In this document: positions 51,345 through 54,530 of the stretch, piece by piece
Numbering within the stretch: the first letter of the stretch is position 1
Layout: each line of letters begins with the position of its first letter
DNA from: Anaerolineales bacterium
Lineage (GTDB): Bacteria; Chloroflexota; Anaerolineae; Anaerolineales; UBA11579
DNA: 54,530 bases
Assembly (NCBI GenBank): GCA_024710875.1
Contig: JANJTX010000143.1
Location: 1 to 54,530 of the forward strand
Direction: 5' to 3'
The notes under the pieces: model-generated
Told to the model about the DNA's origin: nothing
Databases searched by the model: none
The model's input: the letters and a program-made list of their open reading frames with translations, nothing else
Made by a program: the position numbers and the translations under genes

Positions 51345-52412
51345 TCAGTTCTCCCGGGCTGGCCGGGCGGCCAGCTTCTCAATTGTATGCGGTAATTCCA
51401 CTATCCAGGCCGTCAGGTCCAGTTGCCCGGCCAGGTAGTTGGCTTGTTTGGCGCGCCAGGTTGCCTTCAGGTGCGGGTCAGCCAGTAATGATTTTACCTT
51501 CTCCAGCATCGCGTTTTCCTGCTCAACCCGGAAGCCATAGGTCAGGCCATATTCCGCTTCCAGATGTTCAATCACCGGCGTGCGCCCCACAAAGGTATTC
51601 AGGCGCAGGGCCGGCGTCCCCAGCACGGCCGCTTCGAGCGTCATGGATTGGCTGTCGCCCACGAACAGGTCGGCGAACGCCAGCAAATGATGGATCTGGT
51701 GCGGGGCGGCCTGCGTGGCATAGGCCGCAAACTCCGGCGGCAATTCACCTTCGGCGGTAATCAGCACCCGCCCATGGTCGGACAGGCGGCGCACCAGTTC
51801 GCGTTTGGCCTCCAGGCTGATGCCGCGCTGCCCGACATCATGCGAGGCCTGGAAGGACACAAAGCGCAAGACGGAATACGGCTCGCCGGGCTGCAACCCA
51901 AAATCCTGCAGGGCAGCCGGATCGGGGGTAAAACGGTTGGGGTGCAGGTAGGCCAGCTCCTGCAGGCCGCGATAGCGCACATGCTTGCGCCCAAAATCAT
52001 CGGGGATCGTATCCGGCGTTACGATGTAATCGGCAAACGGGCGGCTGACCTGCCAGAACAGTTTGCTGGATTGGTAATCATCCTCGGCAAACACAATCGA
52101 ACGGCCGCGCACCAGCCGCGAGACATGCGCAATCGCAAACGAGGTGCCCATCATCCAGTCTGGGTCGAAGGCCCGCGCCGCCCGCCACACCGCCCGGTCC
52201 AGTTCCAGCGCGCCAGTTACAAAACCCAGAGCGCCGTGTTTCTGGTTGGAGGTGTACTGGTACTCCAGCCCATATAAATTAAGCAGGCGCGTGGTAAGGT
52301 CTTTTTCGCGGGGAGTAATCAGCACCTCCACCCCCTGCCGCCGCCATTCCCGAATCGCGTTGCGAAACAGGTGCACGTGCGCCGGGTGATTCAGGTCAAC
52401 CAGAATGCGCAT
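51345..52412 (-). CDS. DUF354 domain-containing protein (GT-B/epimerase-like fold)
   Basis: 355 aa. The N-terminus (MRILVDLNHPAHVHLFRNAI) is the hallmark of DUF354. It is embedded in the Wbp-type operon with 2-10 nt gaps. Confidence 0.65.
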   Translation of the reverse strand: MRILVDLNHPAHVHLFRNAIREWRRQGVEVLITPREKDLTTRLLNLYGLEYQYTSNQKHGALGFVTGALELDRAVWRAARAFDPDWMMGTSFAIAHVSRLVRGRSIVFAEDDYQSSKLFWQVSRPFADYIVTPDTIPDDFGRKHVRYRGLQELAYLHPNRFTPDPAALQDFGLQPGEPYSVLRFVSFQASHDVGQRGISLEAKRELVRRLSDHGRVLITAEGELPPEFAAYATQAAPHQIHHLLAFADLFVGDSQSMTLEAAVLGTPALRLNTFVGRTPVIEHLEAEYGLTYGFRVEQENAMLEKVKSLLADPHLKATWRAKQANYLAGQLDLTAWIVELPHTIEKLAARPAREN

Positions 52413-52422
52413 GAAACATCAA

Positions 52423-53028
52423 TCAGGTTAGTTGCTGCCAGTCTGCCCGCCGGATGTCCAGCGTCCGCCCGCAGGCCGGGCAGGCGGCGGTAACGACATC
52501 CGCCGTTTCAGACTGTTTGTTTACCTGCTGGCCGCAGGCACACACAAACCCGCGCAGGCGGGCCGGGTTGCCCAACACCAGGCCATGGTCGGGCACGTCT
52601 TTAGTCACCACACTGCCAGCCCCCACCAGCGCCCATTTGCCAATCGTAATCCCGCAGCGGATGGTGCTATTGGCCCCCAGGGCCGCGCCTTCCTTAATCC
52701 GCGTTTCACTCAATACCCAGTCGTCGGCGCTTTTCAGGCTACCATCCGGGGTGACGGCGCGCGGGTTCATGTCATTGGTAAAGCACACATGCGGCCCCAC
52801 GAAAACGCCATCTTCAATCGTTACGCCGTGATACACCGAAACATAATTCTGAATCTTGACATTGTTGCCAATCTGCACCCCGGCATCCACATACACGCCT
52901 TTGGAGAGAATGCAATTTTGTCCCAGGGTTGCGCCTTCGCGCACCTGGACATGATTCCAGATGCTGCTCCCTTCGCCAATCTGGGCTTTGTCAGAGACTT
53001 CGGCAGTCGGGTGAATGCGGACAGGCAT
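52423..53028 (-). CDS. Left-handed beta-helix N-acetyltransferase (WbpD/WlbB-like) with a Cys4 C-terminal tail
   Basis: Hexapeptide repeats, with an N-terminus (IHPTAEVSDKAQIGEGSSIW) close to WbpD-type enzymes as I recall them. The tail reads CAC-x19-CPAC. Start set at ATG 53028. Confidence 0.8.
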   Translation of the reverse strand: MPVRIHPTAEVSDKAQIGEGSSIWNHVQVREGATLGQNCILSKGVYVDAGVQIGNNVKIQNYVSVYHGVTIEDGVFVGPHVCFTNDMNPRAVTPDGSLKSADDWVLSETRIKEGAALGANSTIRCGITIGKWALVGAGSVVTKDVPDHGLVLGNPARLRGFVCACGQQVNKQSETADVVTAACPACGRTLDIRRADWQQLT

Positions 53029-53072
53029 AGGCGGCTCTTTCAATTGTGGAGTGTTTGTGCAAATTTACACGA

Positions 53073-53078
53073 ATTATA
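53073..53078 (-). promoter_or_regulatory. Candidate -10 box (TATAAT) upstream of the Wbp-type operon
   Basis: On the minus strand, a TATAAT 45 nt upstream of ATG 53028. No good -35 element was seen. Confidence 0.3.
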
Positions 53079-53108
53079 CCCGTGAACCTCGCCCCCGTTG
53101 GCGTGGGT

Positions 53109-53843
53109 TTACCAGCCTGCTTCCAGCCGCTGGATGTGGCGCTCCGGCAGGCCGGCCGCTTGCATGCTCTTCTGAGTTTCCTCAATCGCGTAGTTGATGC
53201 GCCGGTAATCCCAGGTGCGCGCCTCGCTGTCAAAAATCGCGTAGGCCGCCCGGGGGTCGCGGTCGCGCGGCTGCCCCACCGAGCCCGGGTTCAGGATGGC
53301 CCGCGCCGCCAGTTGGGTAACTTCATTGACGGGCGGGATGTTCAAGCCGCACAGGTAGGCCCCATCTGTAAGATGAAACTGCACCGGCAGGTGGGTGTGA
53401 CCCACAAAGCAGTATTCGGTATTGAAATACTCGAAATTTTCAGTTGCCGCCCGGGTATCCAGCAGGTATTCAAACACCGGCTGGCGCGGCGAGCCATGCG
53501 CCAGGGTGACATTCATGTCTTCAATGGTAATCATTTGCGGCCGCTCTTCCAGAAAAGCCAGGTTCTCGGACTTCATCTGGTCGCGCGTCCACTCAATCGA
53601 AAGTCGCGCCTCGGGGTTGAACGTGTTCAGGTCCAGCATATCCAGAGCGGCGGCATCATGGTTGCCCAGCAGGCACAACAGGTTCGGCAGCGCCGCCACC
53701 CGCTCCACGCACTCATTCGGGTTGGGGCCGTAGCCAATCACATCCCCCAAACACCAAACACCATCAACCGCGCCAGCATGCTCCAGCACGGCCTCCAGCG
53801 CAGTATAGTTCCCATGAATATCAGTAATGACCAGAAAACGCAT
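53109..53843 (-). CDS. Metallophosphoesterase family protein (YfcE/MJ0936-like)
   Basis: The metallophosphoesterase motif series is present: DIHGN, GDVIGYG, GNHD and GHTH. Confidence 0.8.
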   Translation of the reverse strand: MRFLVITDIHGNYTALEAVLEHAGAVDGVWCLGDVIGYGPNPNECVERVAALPNLLCLLGNHDAAALDMLDLNTFNPEARLSIEWTRDQMKSENLAFLEERPQMITIEDMNVTLAHGSPRQPVFEYLLDTRAATENFEYFNTEYCFVGHTHLPVQFHLTDGAYLCGLNIPPVNEVTQLAARAILNPGSVGQPRDRDPRAAYAIFDSEARTWDYRRINYAIEETQKSMQAAGLPERHIQRLEAGW

Positions 53844-53911
53844 TGGCTTATGTATCCAGCGTTGAAGAGTATTGTCCGCCAGCCGATTGGCTGTCAGACA
53901 ATCGGTTGATT

Positions 53912-54313
53912 TTACCCCAGTTTCTCCGGCGTAAACGCGCCGGGCAGCAGCTCGGCCACGCTGGTTTCCTGCAAAATGGTCCCGCTTTCATCGGCGATCA
54001 ACACCACCGCCTGCAAGCCAAATTCGGCCAGCACCTGACGGCAGGAGCCGCACGGCGTCCCGCCATTACGAGTGACCACCGCCACGGCTTGAATCTCACG
54101 CTCGCCCTCAAAAACTGCCTTAAAGGCCGCCACCCGCTCGGCACAGATGGAGGTCGGGTAGGCCGCATTTTCGATATTAGCGCCATCATAAATCCTGCCG
54201 GAGGCCGTGCGTACCGCCGCCCCTACCGCGTACTTCGAATAGGGCGAATACGACCATTTCTGGGCTTGCAGGGCCGTTTGCACCAGTTCTTCTTTCTGTT
54301 CCTCGGTCAGCAT
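53912..54313 (-). CDS. cdd: Cytidine deaminase (homotetrameric type)
   Basis: Zinc-binding motifs CAERVA and PCGSCRQ, and a length of 133 aa. Confidence 0.9.
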   Translation of the reverse strand: MLTEEQKEELVQTALQAQKWSYSPYSKYAVGAAVRTASGRIYDGANIENAAYPTSICAERVAAFKAVFEGEREIQAVAVVTRNGGTPCGSCRQVLAEFGLQAVVLIADESGTILQETSVAELLPGAFTPEKLG

Positions 54314-54316
54314 CCG

Positions 54317-54530
54317 TCACTCCTCGTTTTCTGGGCTTTGCGACACAGCCACCAGGCGCTTGGCGCGCACCGCCCGGATGCGCCGGTCGCTCAATTGCTC
54401 CACCGTCAGGCTTAAGCCGTCCACTTCCAGCCGTTCGCCCTTGCGCGGCACCCGCCCCACCAGGCGGTAAATCAGACCGCCCAGCGTATCCGCCTCGTCG
54501 GTCGGCAAATGGGCGTGCATCAGGTCATTG
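54317..54530 (-). CDS. CorC/HlyC (TlyC-like) transporter-associated domain protein, C-terminal part (5' end outside the window)
   Basis: DTLGGLIYRLVGRVPRKGERLEVDGLSLTVEQLSDRRI matches the CorC_HlyC domain. The frame stays open to the window edge. Confidence 0.7.
   Translation of the reverse strand, partial: NDLMHAHLPTDEADTLGGLIYRLVGRVPRKGERLEVDGLSLTVEQLSDRRIRAVRAKRLVAVSQSPENEE

Overview
This is a GC-rich (about 63-65% by eye) bacterial chromosomal segment that is densely coding. I call about 55 protein genes. There are no rRNA or tRNA genes, no CRISPR array, and no transposase, integrase or phage genes. Gene content and repeat style suggest a Chloroflexota-like filamentous bacterium; that is an inference only, because no search was possible.

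Main blocks, in order:
- yebC-ruvC-(MgtC/DUF4010)-ruvA.
- Tandem UPF0173 metallo-hydrolase paralogs.
- A small molybdopterin oxidoreductase plus a CheY-like receiver.
- DUF3179, an esterase and an orphan ABC ATPase.
- Small membrane proteins (DUF4190, DUF4126).
- A Tat/SGNH-like lipoprotein plus two DUF3048 paralogs.
- surE.
- A four-gene operon of unknown function, built around a Tat-signal sulfatase-fold enzyme whose nucleophile position is Thr.
- A GT4 glycosyltransferase.
- MBL hydrolase, mutY, RNHCP and pcm.
- A metal-homeostasis region: permease + TIGR03943/DUF1980 + Ig/PD40 protein, a Fur-family (probable Zur) regulator, and znuA-C-B preceded by a perfect 7-1-7 Zur-type box.
- A 1.3-kb low-GC islet carrying an orphan HhH/4Fe-4S glycosylase-like gene.
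- A DEAD-box helicase.
- An FGE-family protein.
- A Trp-specific T-box leader upstream of a stand-alone trpB2.
- rsgA, PBP2 and maf.
- E2-E3 of a 2-oxoacid dehydrogenase.
- DUF4349.
- A five-gene Wbp-type UDP-2,3-diacetamido-uronic-acid operon containing a DUF354 gene.
- A metallophosphoesterase, cdd and a partial CorC/TlyC gene.

The intergenic space holds several families of small dispersed repeats: 28-nt perfect palindromes inside ~120-bp MITE-like units, STRR-like TTACCAA heptamer arrays, a CTCTGTGTCTCTG motif, CCTGTCTCC pyrimidine tracts and nested palindromes.

All functional names come from motif recognition in the translated ORFs. No database search was run, so family assignments are hypotheses and start codons are approximate.
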